Part shown: in pieces, positions 19,661 through 29,443 of the stretch | Numbering within the stretch: position 1 is the first letter of the stretch | How the letters are laid out: each line of letters starts with the position of its first letter | Source of the DNA: Planctomycetota bacterium | GTDB taxonomy: Bacteria > Planctomycetota > Brocadiia > JAADGH01 | Length of the DNA stretch: 64,000 nt | NCBI GenBank assembly: GCA_040755855.1 | Contig: JBFMAD010000002.1 | Span: 160,001 to 224,000 of the forward strand | Reading direction: 5' to 3' | Made by a program: the position numbers and the translations under genes | Notes under the pieces: generated by a model | What the model saw: only the letters and a program-made list of their open reading frames with translations | Databases searched by the model: none | What the model was told of the DNA's origin: nothing

Positions 19661-20587
19661 ATGAGACGCATGAAAATCATCGCTATTGTGCTGGGGGTGG
19701 TAGCGGCGGTCTCGCTCCGCTGCGCATCTGGAGAGGACACGGGCATGAAGTATAACGACCTGACCCCGGAAGAAGAGCGCGTCATCCTCCGCAAGGGGAC
19801 TGAGCGGCCCTTCACGGGGAAGTACCACGACTTCGACAAGAAGGGTATCTACACCTGCAAGCGCTGCGACGCGGCGCTCTACCGGTCCGAGGACAAGTTC
19901 AAGTCCGGCTGCGGCTGGCCGAGCTTCGACGACGAGATACCAGGCGCGGTGAAGCGCCAGACCGACGCCGACGGCGAGCGCACGGAGATCCTCTGCGCCC
20001 GATGCGGGGCGCATCTCGGCCATGTCTTTACGGGAGAGCGCCTGACGCCGAAAGATGTTCGCCATTGCGTAAATTCCATCTCCATGAATTTCGTCCCCGC
20101 CGAGCGGGTCGGCCGGGCCATCTTCGCGGGCGGGTGCTTCTGGGGCGTGGAGCACCTGCTTCAGCAGCAACCAGGAGTGCTCTCCGTGACGTCGGGCTAC
20201 ATCGGCGGCAAGACGGAGAACCCCACCTACAAGGAGGTCTGCGCCCACACGACCGGCCACGCCGAGGCGGTGGAGGTCCTCTACGATAAGGACAAGGTGG
20301 ATTACGAGACGCTGGCGCGGCTCTTCTTCGAGATTCACGACCCCACGCAGGTGAACCGGCAAGGCCCGGACATCGGCGACCAATACCGATCCGCCGTGTT
20401 TTACGTGGACGAGGAGCAGAAAAAGACGGCGGAGAAACTCATCGCCATCCTGAAGGAGAAGGGCCTGGATGTCGCCACCGAGGTCGTCCCCGCCACGCGC
20501 TTCTGGCCCGCCGAGGACTACCACCAGGACTACTACCGCAAGACCGGCAAGCAGCCCTACTGCCACGTGCGGACGAAGCGGTTTTGA
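19661..20587 (+). CDS. msrAB: Bifunctional methionine sulfoxide reductase MsrB-MsrA with N-terminal signal/anchor
   Basis: [20 protein letters not shown] (MsrB); [21 protein letters not shown] (MsrA); GGAGG RBS. Confidence 0.95.
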   Translation: MRRMKIIAIVLGVVAAVSLRCASGEDTGMKYNDLTPEEERVILRKGTERPFTGKYHDFDKKGIYTCKRCDAALYRSEDKFKSGCGWPSFDDEIPGAVKRQTDADGERTEILCARCGAHLGHVFTGERLTPKDVRHCVNSISMNFVPAERVGRAIFAGGCFWGVEHLLQQQPGVLSVTSGYIGGKTENPTYKEVCAHTTGHAEAVEVLYDKDKVDYETLARLFFEIHDPTQVNRQGPDIGDQYRSAVFYVDEEQKKTAEKLIAILKEKGLDVATEVVPATRFWPAEDYHQDYYRKTGKQPYCHVRTKRF

Positions 20588-20605
20588 ACTTCCGGAAAAA
20601 CGGCG

Positions 20606-21637
20606 TTACGGCTTCACCACCGCCTTCAGCACGCCATCCCCCGAATGATGCACGAGCGTCAGCGCCTCGGCCACCCGATCCAACGGGAACTCGTGGGTGA
20701 TGAGGGACTTGACGTCGAACCGGCCATTCTCCAGCATCCGCATCGCGCGCGGATAGACGTGGCAGTAGCGACGGACCGACTTGATCGTGACCTCCTTGCG
20801 CCGCGCGGCGCCGAAGTCGAAGGGGATCACGTCCTCCTGGCAGATGCCGATGAGGATAATCATCCCGCCGGGCCGGACCAGCTCGACGGTTTGCTTGAAC
20901 GACAACGGATGCCCCGCCGCCTCGAAGACCACGTCCACGCCCCGCCCATTGGTGTTGTCCAGGATGGTTCGCTTGACGTCCTGCTCCTTGAAGTTGATCG
21001 CGAAGTCCGCGCCCAGTTTTTTCGCCAGGTCGAGACGGCTCGGGACCATGTCGCTGATGAAGCTCCGCTCGATCCCCGCGCGCAGGGCCGCCTGAAGCGT
21101 GAGGAGTCCGATGGTGGACGACCCGAGCACCGCCGCCGACTGCCCCGCGAGAATCTCCGCCATGTCCGCGGCATACACGCCCACGGCCAGCGGCTCGGCG
21201 AGCGACGCCTCCTCGAAGGGAATCTCGTCGGACACGGGAAAGGTGAAATCAATCGGCCAGGCGACCAGCTCGCAGAACGCTCCGTCCACCGGCGGCGTGC
21301 CCATGAACTCCATCTTGCGGCAGATGTTGTATCGCCCGCCCCGGCAATACTCGCAAACGCGACAGGGGATGCCCGGCTCCATGACGACGCGCTGGCCGAC
21401 GCGGAACTCCGTGACGTCGCCGCCGAGCGCGACGACCTCGCCCGCGCACTCGTGGCCGAGGATGATCGGCTGCTCCACCTTGTGCGCGCCGAGGCCCCCG
21501 CTCCAGAAGTAGTGCACGTCGGAACCACATACGCCTACGGCCTTTACGCGGATCAGCACGTCCTTCGGTCCCGGCTTAGGGTCGGGGCGGTTTTCGATCT
21601 TGATGTTCCGGTCGCTGTAAAGTACGGCTGCTTTCAT
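20606..21637 (-). CDS. Zn-dependent alcohol dehydrogenase (sorbitol/iditol DH-like)
   Basis: GVCGSD, GHECAG, CxxCxxC...C, EPLAVG. Confidence 0.92.
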   Translation of the reverse strand: MKAAVLYSDRNIKIENRPDPKPGPKDVLIRVKAVGVCGSDVHYFWSGGLGAHKVEQPIILGHECAGEVVALGGDVTEFRVGQRVVMEPGIPCRVCEYCRGGRYNICRKMEFMGTPPVDGAFCELVAWPIDFTFPVSDEIPFEEASLAEPLAVGVYAADMAEILAGQSAAVLGSSTIGLLTLQAALRAGIERSFISDMVPSRLDLAKKLGADFAINFKEQDVKRTILDNTNGRGVDVVFEAAGHPLSFKQTVELVRPGGMIILIGICQEDVIPFDFGAARRKEVTIKSVRRYCHVYPRAMRMLENGRFDVKSLITHEFPLDRVAEALTLVHHSGDGVLKAVVKP

Positions 21638-21652
21638 TTCTTCTTCCTTTTG

Positions 21653-22429
21653 TTAAATGATCGTAACCTCGCCGCCGAGGAACCTGTGGCGCTCCCCGTC
21701 AAGGGTCTGGACGATGAGCGCGCCGGTCTCATCAATGTCCACGGCCCGGCCGGTGACCAGCTCGCGCTCATGCCTCACGCGGACCCGCTCGCCCAGCATG
21801 GGACAGAGGGGCTTGATGGCGGTGATGAGGTCGGTCAGCGCCTCCGGTTCGGTTCGCAGGTAGAACTCCTCGAAGCGATCCAGGATCGAGGCGATCAGGG
21901 CCTCACGGGAGAACTCCCTGTCGCACGCGATGCGCAGCGACGTGGCGGTCTCGGCCAGATCGGTGGGGAAATCCTCCGCGCGGGTGTTGACGTTGATCCC
22001 GATGCCGAGGATGACGAAGGGCGGCCCGCCGCCGTGGCCGCTTTCGCCGAGGACGCCAGCGACCTTTTTACTGTTGAGGATCACGTCGTTCGGCCATTTT
22101 ATCTCGGCCCGGATGCCGGCCTCGGCGCGGATGGCCGTGGCGGTGGTGAACGCGCCGAGGAGGGAAAGGATTTCCGGGCGACGGGTGTGGAACGGCGAAC
22201 GGAGGATCAGCGACATGTAGATGCCCGCGCCGTTTGGCGAGAACCACTTCCGCCCCTGGCGGCCCTTTCCGGCGGTCTGGCCCTCGGCGATGACGAGGGC
22301 GCCGTCGGGACCGCCTTTCTGCGCGCGCTCGCGGGCGATTATGTTGGTGGACGTGGTTTCGCTCAGGCAGAAGATATCCCGCCCCAAAACCTTCGCGTTC
22401 AGGCGGGATCGTAGTCCGTCGGCGGTCAA
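21653..22429 (-). CDS. birA: Biotin--acetyl-CoA-carboxylase ligase (no HTH)
   Basis: STN, QTAGKGRQGRKW, IKWPND, KVAGVL, GIGINVN; start uncertain (TTG 22429 or ATA 22441). Confidence 0.93.
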   Translation of the reverse strand: MTADGLRSRLNAKVLGRDIFCLSETTSTNIIARERAQKGGPDGALVIAEGQTAGKGRQGRKWFSPNGAGIYMSLILRSPFHTRRPEILSLLGAFTTATAIRAEAGIRAEIKWPNDVILNSKKVAGVLGESGHGGGPPFVILGIGINVNTRAEDFPTDLAETATSLRIACDREFSREALIASILDRFEEFYLRTEPEALTDLITAIKPLCPMLGERVRVRHERELVTGRAVDIDETGALIVQTLDGERHRFLGGEVTII

Positions 22430-22472
22430 GGGATCGTCTATGATTGGCTCCTCCGCTGTCGGTAAAAGCGGA

Positions 22473-22501
22473 AAGATACCACATCACGCGGCGCGGGTCA
22501 A
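22473..22501 (-). promoter_or_regulatory. Putative sigma70 promoter of birA
   Basis: TTGACC-17 nt-TATCTT with TG extension. Confidence 0.55.
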
Positions 22502-22523
22502 GTTTGCGGAGAGGGATTTCGGA

Positions 22524-23150
22524 CTAACTTCCTTCTGCTTCTCGCTTGAGGAACCATGCGGTTGTCTCGTCCACGCCCTTGCGCGGCGGGGCCTTGGGCG
22601 TCTTATCGCTATCGTAGTATCCGATGGTTATGCCCTGGCAGATCTCGAAGCCCTTGGGGATGTCGAGCTTCGCCTTGAGCGCCTTCGACTGGTTGATCGC
22701 GCCGACCCATCCCATGCAGCACGTGCCCAGGCCCAGCTCATGCGCGGCCAGCATCATGTTCTGCGCGGCGAGGGAGCAGTCCTTGAAGTAGGTGGATGAA
22801 CTGTCCCTCATCGCCCCGATGAGGATCAACCCCGGCGCGCCGTGGAAGGCATGGGGCCGGACCGACTTTATAGCGCGTTTGCCCTTCTCACCGCTCAGCT
22901 CCTTTTTGAACAGGCCGACGATGGGGCGGAGTTTTTTGATCGTCTCGCCGATGCGAAACATCTCCGCCTCGATCTCGGCCAGGAGACCCGGCTCGGTGAC
23001 GACGATGAACCGGCACGGCTGCTGGTTCTGTCCGCTCGGCGCCCACAGGCCCGCCTCGATCACCTGCTCGATCTTCTCCCTCTCGACCGGCTTGTCCAGA
23101 AAATTTCCCTTGATGCTCCGACGTGTCTTGATGGCTTCAATGACGTTCAT
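22524..23150 (-). CDS. Nitroreductase family protein
   Basis: IKTRRSIK, APSGQNQQP, AQNMMLAAHELGLGTC. Confidence 0.92.
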   Translation of the reverse strand: MNVIEAIKTRRSIKGNFLDKPVEREKIEQVIEAGLWAPSGQNQQPCRFIVVTEPGLLAEIEAEMFRIGETIKKLRPIVGLFKKELSGEKGKRAIKSVRPHAFHGAPGLILIGAMRDSSSTYFKDCSLAAQNMMLAAHELGLGTCCMGWVGAINQSKALKAKLDIPKGFEICQGITIGYYDSDKTPKAPPRKGVDETTAWFLKREAEGS

Positions 23151-23184
23151 GTTTTTTCTTCAATCCAAAATCACAAATACAAAA

Positions 23185-23508
23185 TCAGAGGTAATCCTCC
23201 CGCGGCGGGGAGAAGACATCCAGAGTTCGCGCCGCCCGGCCGGTGGACGCCGCGCGGTGGGCGACGTTGCCGGGGATGATGTAAGTATCCCCGGCTCGAA
23301 CGATCCGCGTCTCGCCGCCGATGGTCAGCTCGAACTCGCCCTCCAGGACATAGCCCAACTGCTCGTGCGGGTGGCTGTGCGAGCCGATCACGCCCCCCGG
23401 CTCGAAGTCGAGGAATGAGAACATGATCTTCTCGCCGGCAACGACGCGGATCGTGATTCCCCTGCCGATTTTGTGTTCCTTGAAACCGGCCGGATCCGGG
23501 AATGACAT
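23185..23508 (-). CDS. Cupin domain protein
   Basis: [25 protein letters not shown]. Confidence 0.9.
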   Translation of the reverse strand: MSFPDPAGFKEHKIGRGITIRVVAGEKIMFSFLDFEPGGVIGSHSHPHEQLGYVLEGEFELTIGGETRIVRAGDTYIIPGNVAHRAASTGRAARTLDVFSPPREDYL

Positions 23509-23614
23509 GCTTCCCTTTCTTCAAATCGAAAATCGCCAATCGAAAATCGGAAATTAAGTTGCCGATGCAAGAAGGTAGCGCCTTGCTCTCCGATGGTCAA
23601 GGAAAAACGTCGCC

Positions 23615-25288
23615 TCACCGCGCCGGTATCACGGGCAGGACGATATGCGACGGATACTTCCGGTCGTGATGCACCACCTGCCGGGCCTCCCTGATCTCCG
23701 CATCCATCCCGAAGTCGTGGCCGGTGTTGGGGTTACGGTCGAAGCGCGGAAAATTGCTGCTCGATATGTCCACCCGGATGCGATGCCCCTTGCGGAAGAC
23801 GTTGCCCGTGACCCAGAGGTCAATCGTGAACTCGTAGACCTTGCCCGGCCTCATAAATTTCGCTTTTTCGAAAGATTCCCGGTATCGCGCCCGGAGGATC
23901 CCGTCGCACAGGTTCATGGCATAGCCGCATGGGTAGACATCCAGCAGCTTCCCCGTGAAATCGCTATCCCGCGCCGACGATGAGGCGTAGAGCTTCACGA
24001 CGATCGGGCCCGTCACCTCCAGATCCTCCTCCATCGGGTCGGTCGTGTAAACCAGCACGTCCTGCCGGCGTTCGGTCGGCCGCTGGTCGTATGGACCCCA
24101 GGGCAGGATGTTCGGCGCGCAGCAGTTGTTCCCGCCCATCGTCGGGACGGGCGTGTGCGGGTCGTAGGTGAACCGGTCGGGCGGCTCGTCGCTCGGCGTC
24201 TCGGTGGAGAGGACGCCGTCGCCGAGGAGCGAGTTCGCGCCGCCCCGGCTGTGGAAGTAGTAGTTCGTCCACTCCGTCCGCGCCAGGGGCCACTCGCGCT
24301 CGTCGCGCCAGATGTTGCGACCCATGATGAAGAGACGGATCGGCGCGTCCTGTATCGCGGCGGATTCATTTCCTTTCAGGTATCGCTCAAGCCATTGATC
24401 CTCGACGGCCTCGAGGTCAATCTTGGAATCCGGCCCGAAGTCAACCTCGCCCGTCTTCGTCGAAGCGCTGAGCGGGTGCGGCCAGGCCCCGACGATCAGG
24501 CGCGTGCCCTTGCGGGCCGACTCGCTGCCGCCGCGCTGCGTCATGCCGTTGAAGTTCGTGAAGACCTGCTTCGAGTAGAGGTCGTACCAGCCGCCCATGA
24601 TCAGCGCGGGAACGGTGATCTTCTCGTAGTTCTCCTCGACGCTGACTTCCTTCCAGTAGTCGTCGTAGCTTGGGTGGCTCACCCAATCCTTCCAGTGCTT
24701 GACATGCCGCCCGGCCTGCTCGTCGGCGGTGATGAGCGGCAGCGCGCGGAAGAGTTTGCACCAGTCGTAGTGATCCACGTTCTGGTTCACTCGACCCAAC
24801 ATGCGGAACCCCCACAGCATGTTGAGGGCGAGCTGGAACGCCCCGCCGCCATAGTTGGGGCTGTCGTAGAAGTTAGATGTGATCACGCGGGGCGCGATGC
24901 AGGTCAGGCGCTTGCTCCCGCGCATGGCCGAAAGCCACTGCACCAGGCCGAGGTACGACCCGCCGACCATGCCGATCTTGCCGTTGCACCACGGCTGCTT
25001 CGCAATCCATTCCTGCGTGTCGAAGCCGTCGTCGGCCTCCTGGTGCCAGGGGTAGAAGTTGCCGTCGGAGTCGTATCGCCCGCGGCAGTCCTGGGCCACA
25101 AAGGCGTAGCCCCGGCTTGCGCAGAGCCTGCCCTTGCCGACGGAGCCGTTGTTGTCGTACGGCGTGCGGACGAGGATGGTCGGAAACGGTCCCGGTCCAT
25201 CGGGCATGTAGATGTCCGCCGACAGCGTCACGCCGTCGCGCATGGGGACCTTGACGTGGAACATCATCTTGACATTCTGCTCGGCCAT
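23615..25288 (-). CDS. CocE/NonD (X-Pro dipeptidyl-peptidase S15) family hydrolase
   Basis: MRDGVTL, RTPY, GGSYLG, GGWYD, SSSNFPRFDRN. Confidence 0.93.
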   Translation of the reverse strand: MAEQNVKMMFHVKVPMRDGVTLSADIYMPDGPGPFPTILVRTPYDNNGSVGKGRLCASRGYAFVAQDCRGRYDSDGNFYPWHQEADDGFDTQEWIAKQPWCNGKIGMVGGSYLGLVQWLSAMRGSKRLTCIAPRVITSNFYDSPNYGGGAFQLALNMLWGFRMLGRVNQNVDHYDWCKLFRALPLITADEQAGRHVKHWKDWVSHPSYDDYWKEVSVEENYEKITVPALIMGGWYDLYSKQVFTNFNGMTQRGGSESARKGTRLIVGAWPHPLSASTKTGEVDFGPDSKIDLEAVEDQWLERYLKGNESAAIQDAPIRLFIMGRNIWRDEREWPLARTEWTNYYFHSRGGANSLLGDGVLSTETPSDEPPDRFTYDPHTPVPTMGGNNCCAPNILPWGPYDQRPTERRQDVLVYTTDPMEEDLEVTGPIVVKLYASSSARDSDFTGKLLDVYPCGYAMNLCDGILRARYRESFEKAKFMRPGKVYEFTIDLWVTGNVFRKGHRIRVDISSSNFPRFDRNPNTGHDFGMDAEIREARQVVHHDRKYPSHIVLPVIPAR

Positions 25289-25339
25289 GCTTCGCCGCCC
25301 TCCCGGCAGGAGACAAGAGGCTGGAGTCCGTACAGAAAA

Positions 25340-25417
25340 TGGCGACCCCAACGGGATTTGAACCCGTGCTGCCAGGTTGAAAACCTGGTGTCCTAGGCCT
25401 GGCTAGACGATGGGGTC
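25340..25417 (-). tRNA. tRNA-Glu (anticodon UUC)
   Basis: GACCCCA..TGGGGTC acceptor stem, anticodon arm CCAGG-TTTTCAA-CCTGG, GGTTCAAATCC T-arm, encoded CCA; upstream TTGCCT-17-TAAAAT. Confidence 0.97.
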
Positions 25418-25536
25418 GCAGCCTTTTCCGAGAATTCGTCTACGGCTATCAGAACATTTTATTTTATCAAACCGCATCACTGAAGGCAACTGAAAAATCC
25501 CCGCGCCGTAACAGGCCGTGCCGCAATCCTGTCGGC

Positions 25537-25607
25537 GGAGAGGGGAATGGGTAGAGGATATAGCAAAGAGGGAAGGAAAATGGTATAAGGAAAAGGGGGA
25601 AAGAGGA
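25537..25607. repeat. ~70-bp element, copy 2 (inverted relative to copy 1)
   Basis: GGGTAGAGGATATAGCAAAGAGGGAAGGAAAATGGTATAAGGAAAAGGGGGAAAGAGGA. Confidence 0.7.
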
Positions 25608-25672
25608 TGCCGTGAAAAAAGGACCAAGAGGATGGAGCGCGCCTTGACCCGTCAGACAAAAACCTGGGAGTC

Positions 25673-26701
25673 ATGAGGATGAGCTTCGGGAAACCATCGC
25701 GACGGCAACTGGCGGAGATGTGTCGAAAGCTGGCAACGCTGTTCGACGCCGGGGTGCTGCCGCGGAAGGCGCTCGCCCTCCTGTCGCGAGGGCCCGGGCG
25801 GCTCTCCCGCGAGGTGATCGAGGACGCGGAGTCGTCCCTGGCTGCGGGGGATAGTGTGACCGAGGCGCTGTCGCTGCACGAGGGCTACTTCCCTCCGCTC
25901 CTCCTGACGCTGGTCGAGGTGGGCGAGCGCACCGGCACGCTGGAGCGCGTGCTGAGCCACATGGCCGACTACTACGAGAACATGGACATGCTCTTTAGGA
26001 GATTGTACCGGAGCATGATCTACCCCGTGTTCGTCATCACGTTCGCCATCCTGGTGACGGGCATGTTGAAATACCTCTTTGTCGAATTAAGGGCAAACTT
26101 CACCGGCGTCCCCGCCCCGCCGGGTGCGGCGCAGCAGGCGGTCGTCTGGCACTTCGTGGCTTGGTTCGGGGGGATCGGCCTGCTCGTCGCCCTCATCATC
26201 ATCTTCCGCACCGTTCTTCACGGGGGCGTTGTGATGGATCGTCTCCTGCTGCATGTGCCGGTGCTGGGGCGCGCCCTGCGGAAGCTGGCCATCGCGCGGT
26301 TCACGTGGGCATTTCAACTTTCCCAGGCGGCGGGGCTGGGGGTATCCGAGACGATTGACCGGGGGCTGGAATCCACGGGCAACAGGGCCTTCACTGCTGA
26401 GAGGGACCAGGTCCTGGCCCTGGTGAAGAGCGGCGAGGGGCTGCGTGATTCACTCGAGGCGTCAGGCCTGTTTCCGAGGGACACGCTGGAGATGATCGAG
26501 GTGGCCGAGACGTCCGGCAAGTTGGAGGAGTCCATGGGCCGCATCGCCAAGCACGCCTTCACCGACGCGGAGTTTGCGATCAACGCCCTGGCGAAGGCCT
26601 TTGGCTGGTTCGTCTGGGCCATCGCGGCGGGGGTTACGGCCTACTACGTCCTCTGGTTCTACGCCCAGTATCTCGGCGCCGTCGGGTCCATTGGGGGGTG
26701 A
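25673..26701 (+). CDS. Type II secretion system F / PilC family protein
   Basis: Two T2SSF repeats: VGERTGTLE..YP and AETSGKLEE; TM segments. Confidence 0.9.
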   Translation: MRMSFGKPSRRQLAEMCRKLATLFDAGVLPRKALALLSRGPGRLSREVIEDAESSLAAGDSVTEALSLHEGYFPPLLLTLVEVGERTGTLERVLSHMADYYENMDMLFRRLYRSMIYPVFVITFAILVTGMLKYLFVELRANFTGVPAPPGAAQQAVVWHFVAWFGGIGLLVALIIIFRTVLHGGVVMDRLLLHVPVLGRALRKLAIARFTWAFQLSQAAGLGVSETIDRGLESTGNRAFTAERDQVLALVKSGEGLRDSLEASGLFPRDTLEMIEVAETSGKLEESMGRIAKHAFTDAEFAINALAKAFGWFVWAIAAGVTAYYVLWFYAQYLGAVGSIGG

Positions 26702-26749
26702 ATCTGCGTTTTCAATGGACCCGACGAGTTCTCCTTGTCGTTCCTTGCT

Positions 26750-28111
26750 CTATTTTCCCCTTCTCGATGCCAGCTTTTCCGCTGTCTTGCGAATCCCCTC
26801 GACCGTCCAGTCCAGCTCCTGCTGCGTCAGGCGGGGGTGCATGGGGAGGTTCGTCTCGCGCTTGTAGAAGAACTCCTCCGCCACGGGGCAGCAGCCGGTG
26901 ATGCCGAGTTTCTTGATCCCCGTGAAGTGATATGTCGGCTGGTAGTGTTGGATGCCCTGCACGCCGTGCTCGCGGTAGAGGGTGCGCAGGAACTCGTCCC
27001 GGTCATACACCTTTGGATCAACGAGCAGCGTATAAAGGTGATAGGCGTGCACGCAATTGGGGTCCTCATACACGCCGTTGACGCCTTTGATGCCCTTGAT
27101 GCCATCGTTGATGTAGCGGGCGTTCTGCTGCCGCTTGGCGACCATCATGTCCAGTTTCTTGAGCTGCGCCCGGCCGACGGCGGCCTGGACCTCGTTCATG
27201 CGGTAGTTGTTGCCCCAGTGGCCGTTCACATCGCTCACATCGAAGTGGGCGGGGACCCAGTAGTCGCTGTACTTGCCGTCCACGACTTTGTGCAACTTGA
27301 TGTCGCCGAAGGCGAAGTCGCGCTGGTTGGGGTCGTAGTGGGTCAGGTTCATGCACCGAAGCTGCTCGATGGGCTTCACCCATTCCTCGCGGTTGGTCGT
27401 GATCATGCCGCCCTCGCCGCAGGTGGTCATGTTCTTCAGCGAGTGGAAGCTGAAGACGCCGACGTCGCCGATGGACCCCGCCGGGCGTCCCTTGTAGTAG
27501 GCGCCGTGGGCGTGGGCGCAGTCCTCGAGAACGTAGAGGCCGTGCTTCTTGGCAATCTCCATGATCGGGTCCATGTCGCACATCTGGCCGCCATAGTGGA
27601 CGACGTAGATCGCCTTGGTCTTCGGAGTCACCTTCCGCGCGATGTCCGCCGGATCAATGTTGAAGGTCCTCCGGTCAATGTCGGCATAGACCGGCTTCAC
27701 CTTTTCCTTGAGCAGGACTAGGGTGGTGGCGATGAAGGTATTGGGCGTGATGATGACCTCGTCGCCCTCCTTGAGCTGGAAGAGCTGCGTGCAGAGGTGC
27801 ATTCCCGTCGTGCAGTTGGAGACAGCGAGGGCGTGTTTCACGCCGAACTTTTTGGCGTACTCCTCCTGAAACGCTGCCACCTGCGGTCCCATCGTCAGGG
27901 AGTCCTGCTGCATGGCCTTCCATGCGGCGTTCTTTTCGTCGTCGTCGTAGATGGACCCGAAGAAGGAATAGCGGACCTTGAGTTTCACGCCGTCGTCCAC
28001 GGCGTAGCTGGCCGTAATCCCGCCTTCGCTGTCCTCGCCGGTCACGCCGACCTTTCCCTTTTCCTGTTTCTCTTTCTTGCTCTTTCCTCTTTTCTTGTCT
28101 TTTACTGCCAT
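26750..28111 (-). CDS. DegT/DnrJ/EryC1/StrS PLP aminotransferase
   Basis: VVHYGG, EDCAHA, FSFHSLKNMTTCGEGGM, GNNYRM, LPMHP. Confidence 0.93.
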   Translation of the reverse strand: MAVKDKKRGKSKKEKQEKGKVGVTGEDSEGGITASYAVDDGVKLKVRYSFFGSIYDDDEKNAAWKAMQQDSLTMGPQVAAFQEEYAKKFGVKHALAVSNCTTGMHLCTQLFQLKEGDEVIITPNTFIATTLVLLKEKVKPVYADIDRRTFNIDPADIARKVTPKTKAIYVVHYGGQMCDMDPIMEIAKKHGLYVLEDCAHAHGAYYKGRPAGSIGDVGVFSFHSLKNMTTCGEGGMITTNREEWVKPIEQLRCMNLTHYDPNQRDFAFGDIKLHKVVDGKYSDYWVPAHFDVSDVNGHWGNNYRMNEVQAAVGRAQLKKLDMMVAKRQQNARYINDGIKGIKGVNGVYEDPNCVHAYHLYTLLVDPKVYDRDEFLRTLYREHGVQGIQHYQPTYHFTGIKKLGITGCCPVAEEFFYKRETNLPMHPRLTQQELDWTVEGIRKTAEKLASRRGK

Positions 28112-28145
28112 GACTGATGCTCCTATTTCTGCAAGAAACAGACCC

Positions 28146-28233
28146 TTGACTTTCGTTGATTGATCTGGTAAACTTCATATAGATCAATTACAGAACACAG
28201 ATATTAGTATAATACAGATATTTAACTTGTCAA
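28146..28233. promoter_or_regulatory. Face-to-face sigma70-like promoters with inverted repeat
   Basis: + TTGACT(28146)-17-TAAACT; - TTGACA(28233)-16-TATACT; ATTGATCT-N14-AGATCAAT at 28159-28188. Confidence 0.55.
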
Positions 28234-29438
28234 GTGTTAATTTAAGAAAAAAAGAAGAAATCCCGAAGATCGCTCAAAACGGCACGGAGACCGCCATCCT
28301 GCGAGCCATCCGCGACGGCGCACCTATCTCCCGGTCCGGCATCGCCCAACAGACGGGAATGCAACTGGCCGCCGTATCGCGCAGCGTCACCCGCCTCATC
28401 AGGGCCGGCGTCCTCTTAGAGACCCCCCTCGCCGACGCCAACGGCCCGCGGCGCAAACGGGGCCTCAGCCTGAACCCCGCCGCCGGCCACTGCCTCTCCG
28501 TCGCCTACGATGCATCGGGCATCGAGGGCGTCGTCGTTGACGCCGCCTATGGAGTGCGACACAAGGAGAGCGTTGCAGCGCCCATCGGGGCCGCTCCCCG
28601 GCAGGAAAAAGTGGACCGCATCGCCACGTTTGTGGAGGGGCTTCGCGCCAGGGTCCCGTCATCCATCGGCGACTGTCTCGCCCTCGCGGCCGTGGACCCC
28701 GGCGTGGTGGACGAGACGACGGGCCGCGTCTTATTTTCCTCGACGATGGACGACTGGCGGGACGTTCCCATCGTCGAGATCCTACGCGACCGCCTTGGCC
28801 TCCCGATCCTGCTCCTGCAAACGAGCACGGCCACGATCCGCGCCGTGGATCACTTCGAGCTGCGCGGGGCGGCGCGAAACGCACTCTACATCGAATACTC
28901 CGAGGGCGTCGGCTGCGGGATGAAACTCGGGGGGCAGGTGGTCGCCGGGCGGTTGAACCTCGCCGGCGAGTTGGGCCACACCCGCGTCACCGACGATCCC
29001 GCGCCATGCCGGTGCGGGGCTGTCGGCTGTCTCGAGGCCGTGGCCGCCCTGCCCGCCCTGGCCCGGAAGGTGCGGGCGGCCATCGAGGAAGGGAGCCACA
29101 CCTCGCTGACCGAGCGCGAGACGGTCAGCGGCGCCGACGTCCTGGCGGCCGCGGCCGCTGGCGACCGTCTGGCGTCCCGCATCGTCGAGGAGGCATTTGG
29201 CTACGTGGGCCGAGCCGTTGGGGGGCTGGTGAATGTGCTTGCGCCGGAGATCGTAGTCATTGACAGCGCCGTGGCGGCCGCCGGGGAAGCGGCGGTCGGC
29301 GCGCTCCTTCGGGCCATTCGCAGCAACACCCTCCCCACCCATGGGGAACGGCTGGAGGTGCGGATCAGCGCGCTGGCCTCGCACACCAAGTCCCTTGGGG
29401 GCGCGGCGGCGGTGCTCGACCGCTGCCTCCAGGCCTGA
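28227..29438 (+). CDS. ROK family transcriptional regulator
   Basis: N-terminal HTH (ISRSGIAQQTGMQLAAVS), AGELGH, CRCGAVGCLE; start uncertain. Confidence 0.9.
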   Translation: MSSVNLRKKEEIPKIAQNGTETAILRAIRDGAPISRSGIAQQTGMQLAAVSRSVTRLIRAGVLLETPLADANGPRRKRGLSLNPAAGHCLSVAYDASGIEGVVVDAAYGVRHKESVAAPIGAAPRQEKVDRIATFVEGLRARVPSSIGDCLALAAVDPGVVDETTGRVLFSSTMDDWRDVPIVEILRDRLGLPILLLQTSTATIRAVDHFELRGAARNALYIEYSEGVGCGMKLGGQVVAGRLNLAGELGHTRVTDDPAPCRCGAVGCLEAVAALPALARKVRAAIEEGSHTSLTERETVSGADVLAAAAAGDRLASRIVEEAFGYVGRAVGGLVNVLAPEIVVIDSAVAAAGEAAVGALLRAIRSNTLPTHGERLEVRISALASHTKSLGGAAAVLDRCLQA

Positions 29439-29443
29439 GCTGA

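Noticed and set aside
25289..25417. tRNA-Glu as an integration site for an island
   Set aside because: No duplicated tRNA 3' end, integrase or compositional shift seen in the window.
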